A stretch of DNA of 64,000 bases from Deltaproteobacteria bacterium (GCA_032128375.1 JAQBGU010000002.1:1-64000), one strand, 5' to 3'. Counted from the stretch's first letter, positions 39,771 to 49,850 are shown. The notes: generated from the sequence alone by a model not told the origin. Numbers and translations are program-made.

Positions 39771-41014
39771 ATCGCGCCCTCCTCTCGAAGGCGGGCAATC
39801 TGTTCGTCGCTCAGCTCCAGTGTCGTTCGCAACACGGCGTCGGTGTGTTCTCCGAGTCGCGGAAAGCTCGAGATCGGTCCTTCAGACAGGCGAGACATCT
39901 TGATGGGGTTTCCCACGACGATCATCGGGTCGGGTGCGTCGCTGCGGGGGACTTCGATGAGCATGTCGTGCAGCGCAACGTGCGGGTCGCGAAAAAGATC
40001 TTGCGCCACGTTGCTCGGACCGGCCGCAATGCCGTGCTCGCACAATTCGCGTGCCGCTTCGAGCTTGCTCTTGTTTCGCGCCCAGTTCTCGAGCGCGGGA
40101 CGAATCACAGGTTCGATCTGCTGTGCCCAGCCTGCTCGCGTCGCAAAGCGTTCGTCGCCGACCCAGTCGGCGTGGCCCACGAGCGTCGCGAGACGTTCGA
40201 AGTGGTGCTCCCGAAACACTGCGACGACGAAGTAGCCGTCCGAAGCGGCAAAGGCGCCGACGATGGCAGTCGTACCGGCGGTCGCCAATTGGATCGGTTC
40301 CCCGAGACTCTCGAGTTGGGGAATCATGTCAGCCATTGCAAGCATCGCATCGAACATCGAGATGTCGACGTGTTGCCCGAGTCCAGTTCGCTCGCGTTGG
40401 TGGAGTGCCGCGAGGGTGCCGATGATCGCGAACAGCGCGCTCCCGTTGTCGCCCAGTGCACCCGCCACCACCACCGGCGGCGGTTGGCCGGATTTTCGGG
40501 TCGGTTCGTAGATTCCCGCCATGGCTTCGACGATCGGCGCATAGGCGGGCCAACTGCGGTACGGCGTCTCCGTGAGGCTGCCGAAACCGGAAAGCGACAG
40601 GTAGATGGCCCGTGTGTTGAGCTTCGAGACGACCTCGTAACCGAGTCCCAACCGGTCCATTGTGCCCGGCTTGAAATTTTCGGCGACGACATCGAAGTGG
40701 GGAACGAGCTGCTCGAACAACTCACGGCCCGATGCGCGCTTGAGATCGATGCCGATGCTCTTCTTGTTCAAGTTGTTGCGCAGATAGGTGGCGCCGACTT
40801 CACGCCCATCGGCATCGGTAATGCGTGGTAGCGCGCCGCGGCCCGACTCTCCGTGAATCGGGTGTTCGACCTTGACGACTTCGGCACCCAGATGAGCCAT
40901 CAACTGGGTCGCGTAGGGCAACGCCTGCATCTGTTCGGCGGCGAGCACGCGGACCCCTTCCAGCGGTTTACCCCACTTTCCCCGCTCCTCGTGTTTCGAT
41001 TCGCCGATTCGCAT
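39767..41014 (-). CDS. Class III CoA-transferase (CaiB/BaiF)
   Basis: PLEGVRV, LGAEVVKVE, ENFKPGTMDRLGLG and PRLGEHT motifs. Confidence 0.94.
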   Translation of the reverse strand: MRIGESKHEERGKWGKPLEGVRVLAAEQMQALPYATQLMAHLGAEVVKVEHPIHGESGRGALPRITDADGREVGATYLRNNLNKKSIGIDLKRASGRELFEQLVPHFDVVAENFKPGTMDRLGLGYEVVSKLNTRAIYLSLSGFGSLTETPYRSWPAYAPIVEAMAGIYEPTRKSGQPPPVVVAGALGDNGSALFAIIGTLAALHQRERTGLGQHVDISMFDAMLAMADMIPQLESLGEPIQLATAGTTAIVGAFAASDGYFVVAVFREHHFERLATLVGHADWVGDERFATRAGWAQQIEPVIRPALENWARNKSKLEAARELCEHGIAAGPSNVAQDLFRDPHVALHDMLIEVPRSDAPDPMIVVGNPIKMSRLSEGPISSFPRLGEHTDAVLRTTLELSDEQIARLREEGAI

Positions 41015-41141
41015 GCGGGCAGTATACCCACCCGCCACCCGGCGTTGGTCCAGCTCCGGGGCCAGCGATGGCGGGCCCTCGCGGTTCGCTATCGTGGCGC
41101 GCGGCGAGAATCGAACGGACGAGAAGTGATGAGGAGCGGAA

Positions 41142-41471
41142 ATGAGCCTATTGGAAACCTACGTCGAAGGGCTGCGCGAGGGAGACGCGGCGAAGGTTGG
41201 ATCGGTGTTCTCGGACGCAGCGTTGTTCCACGACGATGCTCCGCGCACCGTTGGAATGGACCCGATCATCCTGAGGGGGCGCGCCGCGATCGTGGACAAC
41301 TTCGCGAAGCTCATGGTCCGCGGTGGGTTGACGATCGACAACGTCGCGTTCAACGACAACGCGATGCGCTACGACATCGTCATGAGTCCCGAATTATCGA
41401 TCTGCTGTCTCGGTGTCTACCAGGAAAAAGACGGCAAGATCGTCGAATACTTCGTTACCTCGATCAGCTGA
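41142..41471 (+). CDS. NTF2/SnoaL-like protein
   Basis: YVEGLREGDAAKVGSVFSDAA...GRAAI...DGKI pattern; GAGGAG RBS. Confidence 0.75.
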   Translation: MSLLETYVEGLREGDAAKVGSVFSDAALFHDDAPRTVGMDPIILRGRAAIVDNFAKLMVRGGLTIDNVAFNDNAMRYDIVMSPELSICCLGVYQEKDGKIVEYFVTSIS

Positions 41472-41554
41472 TCGAAACCGATGGCTGCGGTTTTTGATGT
41501 CGACAAGGGGCACTGTTCAAAGACCGGGTGCATGAACGGGGAGGATGAACCATT

Positions 41555-41626
41555 GCGAACGAAATGGCGAACGAAATGGCGAACGAAATGGCGGACGAAA
41601 TGACGGACGAAATGACGGACGAACAG
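41555..41626 (+). repeat. 6 x 12 bp tandem array (RCGRACGAAATG) giving five in-frame ATGs
   Basis: gcgaacgaaatg x3, gcggacgaaatg, acggacgaaatg, acggacgaacag. Confidence 0.95.
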
Positions 41627-41854
41627 ATGAAGGCCGAGCTCGAGCGGCTTCGCGCCGAGAATGCTTCGCTCAAGACCCGCAGCGAGAAGGGCTTGAGTTT
41701 GAAGGTGAGCCAGAAGGGGGGGGTGTCGGTGTACGGGCTCGGGCGTTTTCCGGTCACGCTCTACAAGGAGCAGTGGACCCGGCTGCTCGACATGAGCGAC
41801 GAGATTCGGACGTTCATGGAACAGAACGAAGGCGAGCTCAAGACCAAGGATTGA
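41564..41854 (+). CDS. Small conserved hypothetical protein (coiled coil plus KVSxKGGVSVYGLGRFPVTLYKEQW), possibly nucleic-acid binding
   Basis: Recognisable conserved motif; function is inference. Confidence 0.8.
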   Translation: MANEMANEMADEMTDEMTDEQMKAELERLRAENASLKTRSEKGLSLKVSQKGGVSVYGLGRFPVTLYKEQWTRLLDMSDEIRTFMEQNEGELKTKD

Positions 41855-42323
41855 GCCGGCCTGGCGGGCAACGCTGCGCGCATCAGCCGAGTGTCAGTAC
41901 AGCGAACATGGACGAAGACAGCAATCGACTGGACCGCCTTGGCAATTTCGGGCACGCTGAAACCGAGCCCAGCGCAGAGGCGGCCGGCCAGCGGGAAGTG
42001 GCAGCCCAGCTGCGGGCGCTTTCTAATGGGCTCGGAAGCAGCAGCGCTTCGGTATCGGAATTGACGCAAGTCGCCGCGCAGCCGTTTTCCACGATCGCAG
42101 GTCTCTGAAATAGTAGCAGGCTTCGCAAGCGCATCGTGACCGTAGGCGACAGTTGCAGGACTGCTTGCCAACTTCTCTGTCGATCGACTTCACGCCTGGC
42201 AAGGCACCGACCCGCGCCGAACGGGTCGAGACAACTGCGCGCACAACGTGAAGTTCTCACGGCCGTGAACAGCAAGCCCACCGCTAGAGTGCACGATCGG
42301 TCGCAATGAGTAGAATGAAGCGG

Positions 42324-42412
42324 GGCCTGTAGAGGGCGTGTAGAGGGCCTGTTGAGTACCTGTTGAGTACCTGTTGAAGAACCTGTCGAGAACCTGTTGA
42401 GAGCCTGTCGAA
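42324..42412. repeat. Degenerate tandem array, 8 units of 11 bp (NNCCTGTHGAG), one unit 12 bp
   Basis: ggcctgtagag ggcgtgtagag ggcctgttgag tacctgttgag tacctgttgaag aacctgtcgag aacctgttgag agcctgtcgaa. Confidence 0.92.
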
Positions 42413-42482
42413 CGCGTCGACTCCACGGCGGAACCGTCGGCCGATACCGATCGCCGCACATCGAACCGGAGAGATCGCGGAA

Positions 42483-43286
42483 ATGGAAGTGCTCGCAACA
42501 CGGAGGTGGCAAGAGCTGCGCGACTGGCTGGTTCCGGAGCAGCCTTGCTCGTTGATTGCGTGGCATACGCTGACAACGGAGATCGGTCGATGCTGGGTGG
42601 ACCGCCTCGCGCAGCCGCGTTGTGCGATCGCGTTCGCGGGTGGGAACCTCACGCTCGTCGGCGATGCCGCAGCGCTTTCGCGTGACGGGTTCGCCGCGGT
42701 CATCGAAACGCTGCTCGCCGATTGGGAGCGCGTCTTCATCGCCGCGCCCGACGCGTTCGTGCCCGCGGTCGTCGAGGCACTGGTTGGCCCAGCCCGCTGG
42801 CCTCGAGTCATCTTCACCACGGACGCGGCAGTCGCGCCCGAGGTTGCGTCTGCGCCGGGGGAGATTCGGCGACTCGGCGCACAAGACGCAGCGGCCGTCG
42901 AGGCGCTCGATGATGACATCGAGTGGATCTCCGATACGCTCGACGGCCCGCGTAGGCTCGCCGAGTTCAACACCGCATTCGGGGGGTTCGTCGCGGGTCG
43001 CCTGGTTTCCGTCGCGGTCCCATTTTACGTCGGTGAGCGCTTCGAGGAACTCGGTGTGGTCACCGCGGAGGCCCACCGCGCTGTGGGCTGGAGTTCGGCG
43101 TGCTCGGCCGCCGTGATCGCAGATATTCATTGCCGCGGTCGAATGCCGTGCTGGTCGACGACGCCCGACAACCTCGCGAGCATCCGGGTCGCGATAAAGC
43201 TCGGCTTTCGCCAGACGCGCGAAGAGATGCATTTCATCGCCGGCGAGCCGACACCAGGCTCTCTGCCCCCCGGACCCCCGGAATAG
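42483..43286 (+). CDS. GNAT family N-acetyltransferase
   Basis: ELGVVTAEAHRAVGWS and PCWSTTPDNLASIRVAIKLGF motifs. Confidence 0.88.
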   Translation: MEVLATRRWQELRDWLVPEQPCSLIAWHTLTTEIGRCWVDRLAQPRCAIAFAGGNLTLVGDAAALSRDGFAAVIETLLADWERVFIAAPDAFVPAVVEALVGPARWPRVIFTTDAAVAPEVASAPGEIRRLGAQDAAAVEALDDDIEWISDTLDGPRRLAEFNTAFGGFVAGRLVSVAVPFYVGERFEELGVVTAEAHRAVGWSSACSAAVIADIHCRGRMPCWSTTPDNLASIRVAIKLGFRQTREEMHFIAGEPTPGSLPPGPPE

Positions 43287-43305
43287 AAGCGCGGTCGCCG
43301 CTGCT

Positions 43306-43710
43306 GTCACCACTGACGAGATGCTGTCACCCAAGGTCGCGCCCCCGCCAGGCGAACTGCGGCGACTCGGCGCAGCGGACCGCGCAGCCGTCGAAGCGCT
43401 AGACGAGGACATCCAGTGGATCTCGGGCGCCCTCGACGGCCCGCGCGCGCTCGCCGAGATGAACACCGCCTTCGGAGGCTTCGGCTCGGGTCGCCTGGCC
43501 TCCGTTGCAGTCCCGTTCTACGTCGGGGAGCGCTTACTGGAGCCCGGTCTGCTCGGCGGCGGTGATCGCCGACATCCAATCCCGCGGTCGATCGCCGTGC
43601 GGGTCGACAACACCGAACAACACCGCGAGCCTGCAGCTCGCATCGAAACTCGGCTTTCGCCAGACGCGCGAAGAGATGCACTTCATGGCCTGTGAGCCGA
43701 CCGAGGGCTC
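43306..43710 (+). pseudogene. Degenerate tandem paralog of the GNAT 3' half, with internal deletion and frameshift
   Basis: GELRRLGAADRAAVEALDEDIQWIS...VPFYVGER, then shifted frame WSPVCSAAVIADI...KLGFRQTREEMHF; closely parallels 42813-43255. Confidence 0.88.
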
Positions 43711-43855
43711 TGCCGCCGGAGTGATCACAGATTCTCCGTCTTGTGTGGCGGCTGCTCGCGAGCCGTATCGCGACGGTGTCGAGCGAGCGACGTCTCGTTC
43801 GAAGACGTATCCTTGCCGGGGTTCGGGCGAATCGGATCGCTCTGGCGGAATGCCA

Positions 43856-44491
43856 ATGAAAGGTGCAGTCCAGGTCATCACCCTCTTTCTCCTTGCAGCG
43901 CTGTCTAACGCTTGTGCTGGGAACGTCGACCTCGTGTTCGTCGCGGGCGAGGACCTCTCGAAGTGCCAAACCTGGAATTGGCTGCCTCGGAGAGGCTCCA
44001 ACATCGATGTGACTCAGGGCGACCCCGCGTTGATCGGAGCCAAGCTTTCGCGGCTCATCGAGCGGAAGCTGATTGACAACGGCTTCCGGCGCGCTTTCAC
44101 CGATCCGGACTTCCACGTCACCTACCAGCTCGCTCAGCGTCGACATCTCGTCGAGGAGAACGAGCCGAGCGCGATCTATGAGCTTTCGAGCTTGGACTCG
44201 TCGCCATCGTATTCCATTGAGCGCTCCGACAGGGTGACGCATCGCTATCAAGAAATGCGGCTCGGAATCGCGGCGATCCGACCCGGCGGAGGAACGCTCT
44301 GGCATGCCACGTTTACCCAGTACGAGCGGGAGCATCACGCCGTGAAACTCGATGACGCCGTGGCCATGTTGCTCGCGCGCCTTCCCCGCCCGGCACCCGA
44401 TGAACGTTCACCACCAGAATTCAGCGGGCGACCTGCGCGTGCGGCAGTTCCAGCGACCGCGGAATCACGACGCGGTCAAGCGCTGGAATGA
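43856..44491 (+). CDS. DUF4136-like lipoprotein
   Basis: Lipobox LSNAC; TWNW, IERKLIDNGFR and PDFHVTY motifs. Confidence 0.7.
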   Translation: MKGAVQVITLFLLAALSNACAGNVDLVFVAGEDLSKCQTWNWLPRRGSNIDVTQGDPALIGAKLSRLIERKLIDNGFRRAFTDPDFHVTYQLAQRRHLVEENEPSAIYELSSLDSSPSYSIERSDRVTHRYQEMRLGIAAIRPGGGTLWHATFTQYEREHHAVKLDDAVAMLLARLPRPAPDERSPPEFSGRPARAAVPATAESRRGQALE

Positions 44492-44504
44492 ACCCGTGGT
44501 GCGC

Positions 44505-47500
44505 CTAATGACCAGACCGGGCTGCGCGCGAGCGGCGCGATTGCAGAAGCACGCGCAGGTCCCGATCGCGGTCTTCTGGCAACGCCTCCGCGATCTCCAG
44601 CGCGCGCGCGTAGACCACAACCGGCAGGTTCGCAGTGTCGGCGATCCGGCGCAGTGATCCCCAGACAACGCTCGGTTGATCGGTGGCGAGAGCCGCGGTT
44701 GCCCGCAACAGCGAATCGCCCGCCTCCCATTTCCGCGACAGCAGAGTCTCCGCGATTACCAGGGCTTCGGCGCCCGCCGTCGGGTCGCCCGCCGTGAGCC
44801 GCCAGCGAGCACGCAGCCGGGACGCCTCCACGAACAATGCTTCCCCCGGCAGAATGCGTCCGAGTTCAGCGTCGAGCGTGGCGACCGAGTCCCAATCACC
44901 CGACACCTCATGGCGCCGGCCTGAGATCAACGCGGCGAGCTGTTCGTCGAGATCCTGCTGCGAGATTCCCGCGGCCGCGCTCGCTTGCGCGATCGTGAGC
45001 GGGAGACTCGCCACCAGCCCCACCACCGCGTCACTCATGTCGGGCGCCAGCTCGAGGGCCCGTTCGAAGTGCCGTGCCGCCCGGCCTGGCCGGGCGAGTC
45101 CGAGTTCGACCCAACCGAGCCCGGCCTCGTCGAGCGCGGGTTCTTGGGACATGGCCAGCGCGAAAGCGCGCTCTTCGAAGCCTGTCGCGACGAGCTTGCG
45201 GAGCAGCGCGGACTGGTCGAGTCCGTCGATCCCAGTGAGCAACGGGTCGAGATCGTCCCACAACCGACGGACGGAATTGACGTTGAGAGCAGAGTTTCCG
45301 AGGCGCGACGCGCGCGAGGCGAGCAGGTTGTGATCGTCCGTGATCAGTGATCCGCCCTCGCTCAGCGCCCGAGTCCCCACGGAATCGAGCACCCGCACCG
45401 CGGCGAAGTCCTCGACGCGATGAATTCCGAAGCGGCCGTAGTCTTCTGGGGTGGCTTGCAATGCCCGGCGTGCGCTCTCGAGAGACGCGAACGGCTCGAC
45501 CGATGCCGCGAAGAGTAGGCCCGAGCTGCCGGCCGGCTGGTAGACCTCCACGTTCCCAAACACATCGACTAGCGTCGCCGCGAGCGATCGCAGCAGCGCA
45601 GCGTCGACGAAACTGAGCCCGATCCATTGCGCGAACACCCCGTCGGGCTGCAGGCGTGAGCGCACCAGCGCAAAGAATTCCCGCGTATAAAGATGGGAGG
45701 CGCCGGCCGTCCAAGGGTGTGACGGCTGGGAGACGACAGCGTCGAAGCGCCGCTCCGTCAGTTGCAGCAGTCCGCGTGCGTCTCCGATATGTACTCGAAC
45801 ACGTGAATCCTCGAGTGGATCGATGTTGCGCTCAGGGGCGGCTCGCTGATTGGCCGTCAGGATCTCGCGCTCGATTTCGATCACGTCGATCGACGCGATC
45901 GACGATGGAATCGGCTCGAGCGCTCTGCCACCACCGAGCCCGATCACCAGCAGGTCGCGCGCGTCGGGGCGCAGGAGTGATGGGAGCAGGCCCATCCAGT
46001 ACCCGATGGAGGGTTGGGGCAGCATTCCGGCGCGCTCGATGATCGACTCGGGCAATCCGTTGGAGGTGAGGCGGAATTGAGTCGTTTGATCGAATAGCAT
46101 CACAGTGCTCGAACGCCCGACGGCGGCGTAGACGATTTCGCCCTGGGAACGCTGACGCGAGAGAGGCGACGAGCTCAATAGCGCCCACGGTGTGTGTGGG
46201 GGTCGTGCGATCAAGACCAGCGCCGCTGTTGCAGTGGCGATGGCGAGTGCCGTACGTCTGGGGCGAATCGACACCGCCGCGATCGCCCCGAGTCCGAGGT
46301 TCGCAATGGCTCCGCCGGCAATCGTTCCCGCAAAGCCCAGACCCGGGAGTAACACGAACCCCGCACCCAGCGCGCCGGCAATCGCGCCCAGCGTGTTCCA
46401 CGCGTACACGCGCGCGGTCGCTCCGGCGGCCTGCTCGGGAGACAGCGCGAGTACGCGTACAGCGAACGGGAACGTGGCACCGATACACAGTGTGATTGGC
46501 AGCAGTACCGCGCCTGCGACCGCCGCACTGGCGAGGGGAGCCCCGGCTCCGGCCCCGACCACAAGCGAAAGCTCCGGAAGCCAGTCGGCGAAGGCGAAGC
46601 CCAAGTAGGAGGTCAACGCGATCCCGAGCTGCGCCACCCCAAAGCCGACCGCGGCGCGTTCGCGGCTCGTCGCCAGACGCGACGCGAACGCACTGCCCAG
46701 CGCGATGCCCAGCAGAAAGCTCGCGAGCATGGTGGCGAAAGCGTCGAGACTCGCACCCAGCAGTTGCCCGAGCAGCCGAGTCCACAGCACCTCGTAAGCA
46801 AAGGAAACAGCTCCCGATACTGCGACGGCCGGCAGGATCCAAGCGGCGCCGCCAGCGACAGGTTTCGGCGCCGGTCGCATCCGATTCGCGGTCTCCGGCT
46901 TCATCGTACCCGGTGCCAGGCAGGCGGCCAGCGCAAAAACGAGCCCGTTCAGCGCCACACCGACCCAGACCGTGTGGCGCAACCCGAGCTCGGGCATCAG
47001 CCAAAAGGCTGCACACAGGGTGCCGACGATCGCACCCGCTGTGTTCACCGCGTACAGCACACCGACCCGTCGGCCGATCTCCGCCTCGTTGCGCACGGCG
47101 TAGTGCGCGAGCACGGGTAGCGTTGCCCCCATGAAGGCGGTCGGGGGCAGCAGGACCGCAAAGGCGGTCCCGAGCTGGAACAGCGCGGCGGCCGTGGCTT
47201 CGGCTTCCGGCAGTTCGTCGCCGCCTCGGAGCAGTCCGACGTATACCGAGTTGGTCAGCCGGATCCCAACGGGGACCAACAACGCAGAGACGGCGGTCGC
47301 CAGTTCGAGCACGCCGTAGGCCAGAACCGGCCGGCGCATCCGCGTCACGTATCGCGCCGCTGCCGCAGCGCCGAGCGCGAGCCCGCCCATGTAGGCCGCG
47401 AGGACTGCCGCGATGGCGAGTTCGGAAGTTCCGAACACGAAGCTCAGCTCACGCGTCCACACCGTCTGGTAGAGGAGTGCCGCGAAACCGGACAAGAAGA

Positions 47501-47537
47501 AGCAGGCGAGCAGCAGCGCGAATCGGGTGTCCATCAT
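44505..47537 (-). CDS. Fused MFS/spermidine synthase-like protein with C-terminal TPRs
   Basis: SGFAALLYQTVWTR and FAYEVLWTR TM repeats; VIGLGGG, SQPSHPW, LYTREFF and TDDHN motifs. Confidence 0.92.
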   Translation of the reverse strand: MMDTRFALLLACFFLSGFAALLYQTVWTRELSFVFGTSELAIAAVLAAYMGGLALGAAAAARYVTRMRRPVLAYGVLELATAVSALLVPVGIRLTNSVYVGLLRGGDELPEAEATAAALFQLGTAFAVLLPPTAFMGATLPVLAHYAVRNEAEIGRRVGVLYAVNTAGAIVGTLCAAFWLMPELGLRHTVWVGVALNGLVFALAACLAPGTMKPETANRMRPAPKPVAGGAAWILPAVAVSGAVSFAYEVLWTRLLGQLLGASLDAFATMLASFLLGIALGSAFASRLATSRERAAVGFGVAQLGIALTSYLGFAFADWLPELSLVVGAGAGAPLASAAVAGAVLLPITLCIGATFPFAVRVLALSPEQAAGATARVYAWNTLGAIAGALGAGFVLLPGLGFAGTIAGGAIANLGLGAIAAVSIRPRRTALAIATATAALVLIARPPHTPWALLSSSPLSRQRSQGEIVYAAVGRSSTVMLFDQTTQFRLTSNGLPESIIERAGMLPQPSIGYWMGLLPSLLRPDARDLLVIGLGGGRALEPIPSSIASIDVIEIEREILTANQRAAPERNIDPLEDSRVRVHIGDARGLLQLTERRFDAVVSQPSHPWTAGASHLYTREFFALVRSRLQPDGVFAQWIGLSFVDAALLRSLAATLVDVFGNVEVYQPAGSSGLLFAASVEPFASLESARRALQATPEDYGRFGIHRVEDFAAVRVLDSVGTRALSEGGSLITDDHNLLASRASRLGNSALNVNSVRRLWDDLDPLLTGIDGLDQSALLRKLVATGFEERAFALAMSQEPALDEAGLGWVELGLARPGRAARHFERALELAPDMSDAVVGLVASLPLTIAQASAAAGISQQDLDEQLAALISGRRHEVSGDWDSVATLDAELGRILPGEALFVEASRLRARWRLTAGDPTAGAEALVIAETLLSRKWEAGDSLLRATAALATDQPSVVWGSLRRIADTANLPVVVYARALEIAEALPEDRDRDLRVLLQSRRSRAARSGH

Positions 47538-47619
47538 GGGCTCCGTACCTGGGTTAGGCCGCGGTGCACTGTATCTTGCCTCACCTGCCTTCGCGGGCCC
47601 CCCTCGTTCCACGCCCTCA

Positions 47620-47896
47620 TGAACGACGCCAGCGCTTGACTTTGCGGAACGCTCTGAGAAAGGCCCTTCGGGCCAGGCAGGCCGTCGATGATGCCGAGCT
47701 CGATCGACAGCGCGCCGAGTCCGCGCACGACCAGCTCATGGAACACGCTGGCCCAAGCTTTCGAAGACCTCCTTGTCCCCGGCTTGGAGCATGATCACCC
47801 CCGTGTCGGCGGCTCGTCGTCACGCCGCTCACCACCAGCATGCATTGCTTCCCGATCTCCTTGCCCCTCCGCATCGAAAGTCGGATCGACCGCCAT
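47620..47896 (-). mobile_element. IS256-family transposase relic (frameshifted fragment)
   Basis: Across frames: MRRGKEIGKQCMLVVSGVT...LQAGDKE...WASVFHELVVRGL...LGIIDGLPG, resembling the IS256 DDE core. Confidence 0.7.
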
Positions 47897-48049
47897 CTCG
47901 CGGATCGCAGCGGCGGCATTGGAAGCGAGCGCCGTCTTCGAGCTCTGGTGGGTTCATGACCTGGGCTACGGACTCCGATCGCGCCTGTGCGCGTAGGTCA
48001 AAGAGCGCGACAAGGCTCTGCTGGTCGCACGCTTTGACCTATCCTCGAA

Positions 48050-49675
48050 TTATCCTGCACCTTCTCGCCCCATATTCTCGCTGAACATCAGGTGCAAGCC
48101 GTCTTTGTAGGGCCGTTTGTCCTTGGAATAGCGCACGTCGCGATCGATGCGCATGATCGCGCCGTTGATGCGCGGCGCTGCGAGGACCGGTGCGAGTTTC
48201 TGCAACTCGGTGCCAATCGCCGAAACGAATTTTTTCGTTCCGGAATTTGTTGGCCCGGAATCGCCAGTCAACAAGGCGTCGAGCAGCGTGTTCAATCGCT
48301 CTACTGTGTCGCGATTCTCAGGGTCATAGGCCACGTTTTGATATTCGCGCGGATCGTTCTGGTGGTCGTAGAGTTCGGCTCCCAGCAACTCCCATTCACC
48401 GCCGCGGCGGCCTCCCCAGCGAACGTAGCGATACCTCTGTGTGCGCACGGTCTGGCCGATCGAATTGGCCCGATACGCCCAGCCAAGAGCTGCTTCCTCC
48501 CACGGCCGATCGGGATCGTTCAGCAGCGCGACGAAACTCACGCCTTCGCCCTGGCGGGGATCGGGAATCCCCGTCAGTTCGCACAAGGTTGGCAGAATGT
48601 CGGCCGATTCCACCAGCCCGCTCGAAGACTGTCCACCCAAGACGCCTGGCACACGCAGGATCAACGGAATGCGAAGCGATTGTTCCAGAGCGGTGTTCTT
48701 GCCCCAGATTCCGTGCTCGCCCAGATGCCAGCCGTGGTCCCCCCAGAGCACGACTACGGTTCGATCGGCGAGCCCTTGCCGCGCGAGCTCGGCGAGCAAT
48801 CTCCCTATCTGTGCGTCGACGTAGCTGACGCAGGCGCGATAGCCGTGGATCAACCGTTTGGCCGTGTCGGCGTCGATCGATCCGCCACCGTCGTAGACGC
48901 GCGGCTCATAGTTGCCATGAAACTGCTGATTGGCAACGCGATACATACCCTCTCGATCGGGGACCTCGATCTGATCGCGATCGTAGAGATCCCAATACCT
49001 GGCAGGACAATTGAACGGAAGGTGTGGACGAACGAAACCGACCGCCAGGAAGAAGTCGCGGTCTTCCATCCTCCGCAGCTCTTCGATTGCCCTTGTCGCG
49101 ATCTTTCCGTCTACGTACGCGTCGTCCGGGACATCGGGTGCTTCGGATATGGGCCCGCGTCGGGAGGTTTGAATTCCCGACATGTGGACGTTTTCGGTCG
49201 CCAGATATTGGGGGTGAACCCATTCGGGCGGTAGCCAACTCTCGCGGCTCCAAGCCTCCGGCGCGTCTTTTGCGGTGTGCAGGAACTTTCCCACCTCGAC
49301 GGTTTCATAGCCCGCATCCTTGAATAGGCGCGGGAGCGGGATCAAGCGCGGGTTGCCCTCAGACAACGCCGGAGCCATGAAGATTACCCCCGTGGTCTGC
49401 GGATACGCTCCACTCAGCATCGAAGCGCGTGACGCAGCGCAAGCCGCTACGGCGGCGTAGGCTCGATCGAATCGCACACCTTGCGCTGAAAGTCGGTCGA
49501 TGTTGGGTGTAATCGCTGGTGCGCCGTACGCACCGAGTTCCGGGCGGAGGTCATCGACGGAAATGAAAAGTACGCTCAACCGCGACCGCTTCGGCTGGAT
49601 TCGCTCGGACGGACATCCGAATGAAAACAGCAGAGCAAGAAGCATCGCTATCCGAATCAATCGGTACACAGTCAT
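48050..49675 (-). CDS. Sulfatase (iduronate-2-sulfatase-like lipoprotein) with C-terminal DUF2461-like tail
   Basis: VDDLRP, CAASRASMLSG, GKFLH, RPHLPF, WGDHGWHLGEHG and ELYDHQNDP motifs. Confidence 0.92.
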   Translation of the reverse strand: MTVYRLIRIAMLLALLFSFGCPSERIQPKRSRLSVLFISVDDLRPELGAYGAPAITPNIDRLSAQGVRFDRAYAAVAACAASRASMLSGAYPQTTGVIFMAPALSEGNPRLIPLPRLFKDAGYETVEVGKFLHTAKDAPEAWSRESWLPPEWVHPQYLATENVHMSGIQTSRRGPISEAPDVPDDAYVDGKIATRAIEELRRMEDRDFFLAVGFVRPHLPFNCPARYWDLYDRDQIEVPDREGMYRVANQQFHGNYEPRVYDGGGSIDADTAKRLIHGYRACVSYVDAQIGRLLAELARQGLADRTVVVLWGDHGWHLGEHGIWGKNTALEQSLRIPLILRVPGVLGGQSSSGLVESADILPTLCELTGIPDPRQGEGVSFVALLNDPDRPWEEAALGWAYRANSIGQTVRTQRYRYVRWGGRRGGEWELLGAELYDHQNDPREYQNVAYDPENRDTVERLNTLLDALLTGDSGPTNSGTKKFVSAIGTELQKLAPVLAAPRINGAIMRIDRDVRYSKDKRPYKDGLHLMFSENMGREGAG

Positions 49676-49850
49676 CGCTCCACTTCGCATCATGCAGTCG
49701 GCGATGTGTTCGTTCTCAGATAGCATCCCCGAGTTCGAAGGAACGTTCACTGGTGATCCCTCTGTCAGGGAGCCAGGAGAATACTCTGAATTCGCACGAA
49801 AACGTCGATCGCCGGATCAGGTCGTGCCAGCCATATCTCGTTGGCAACCC

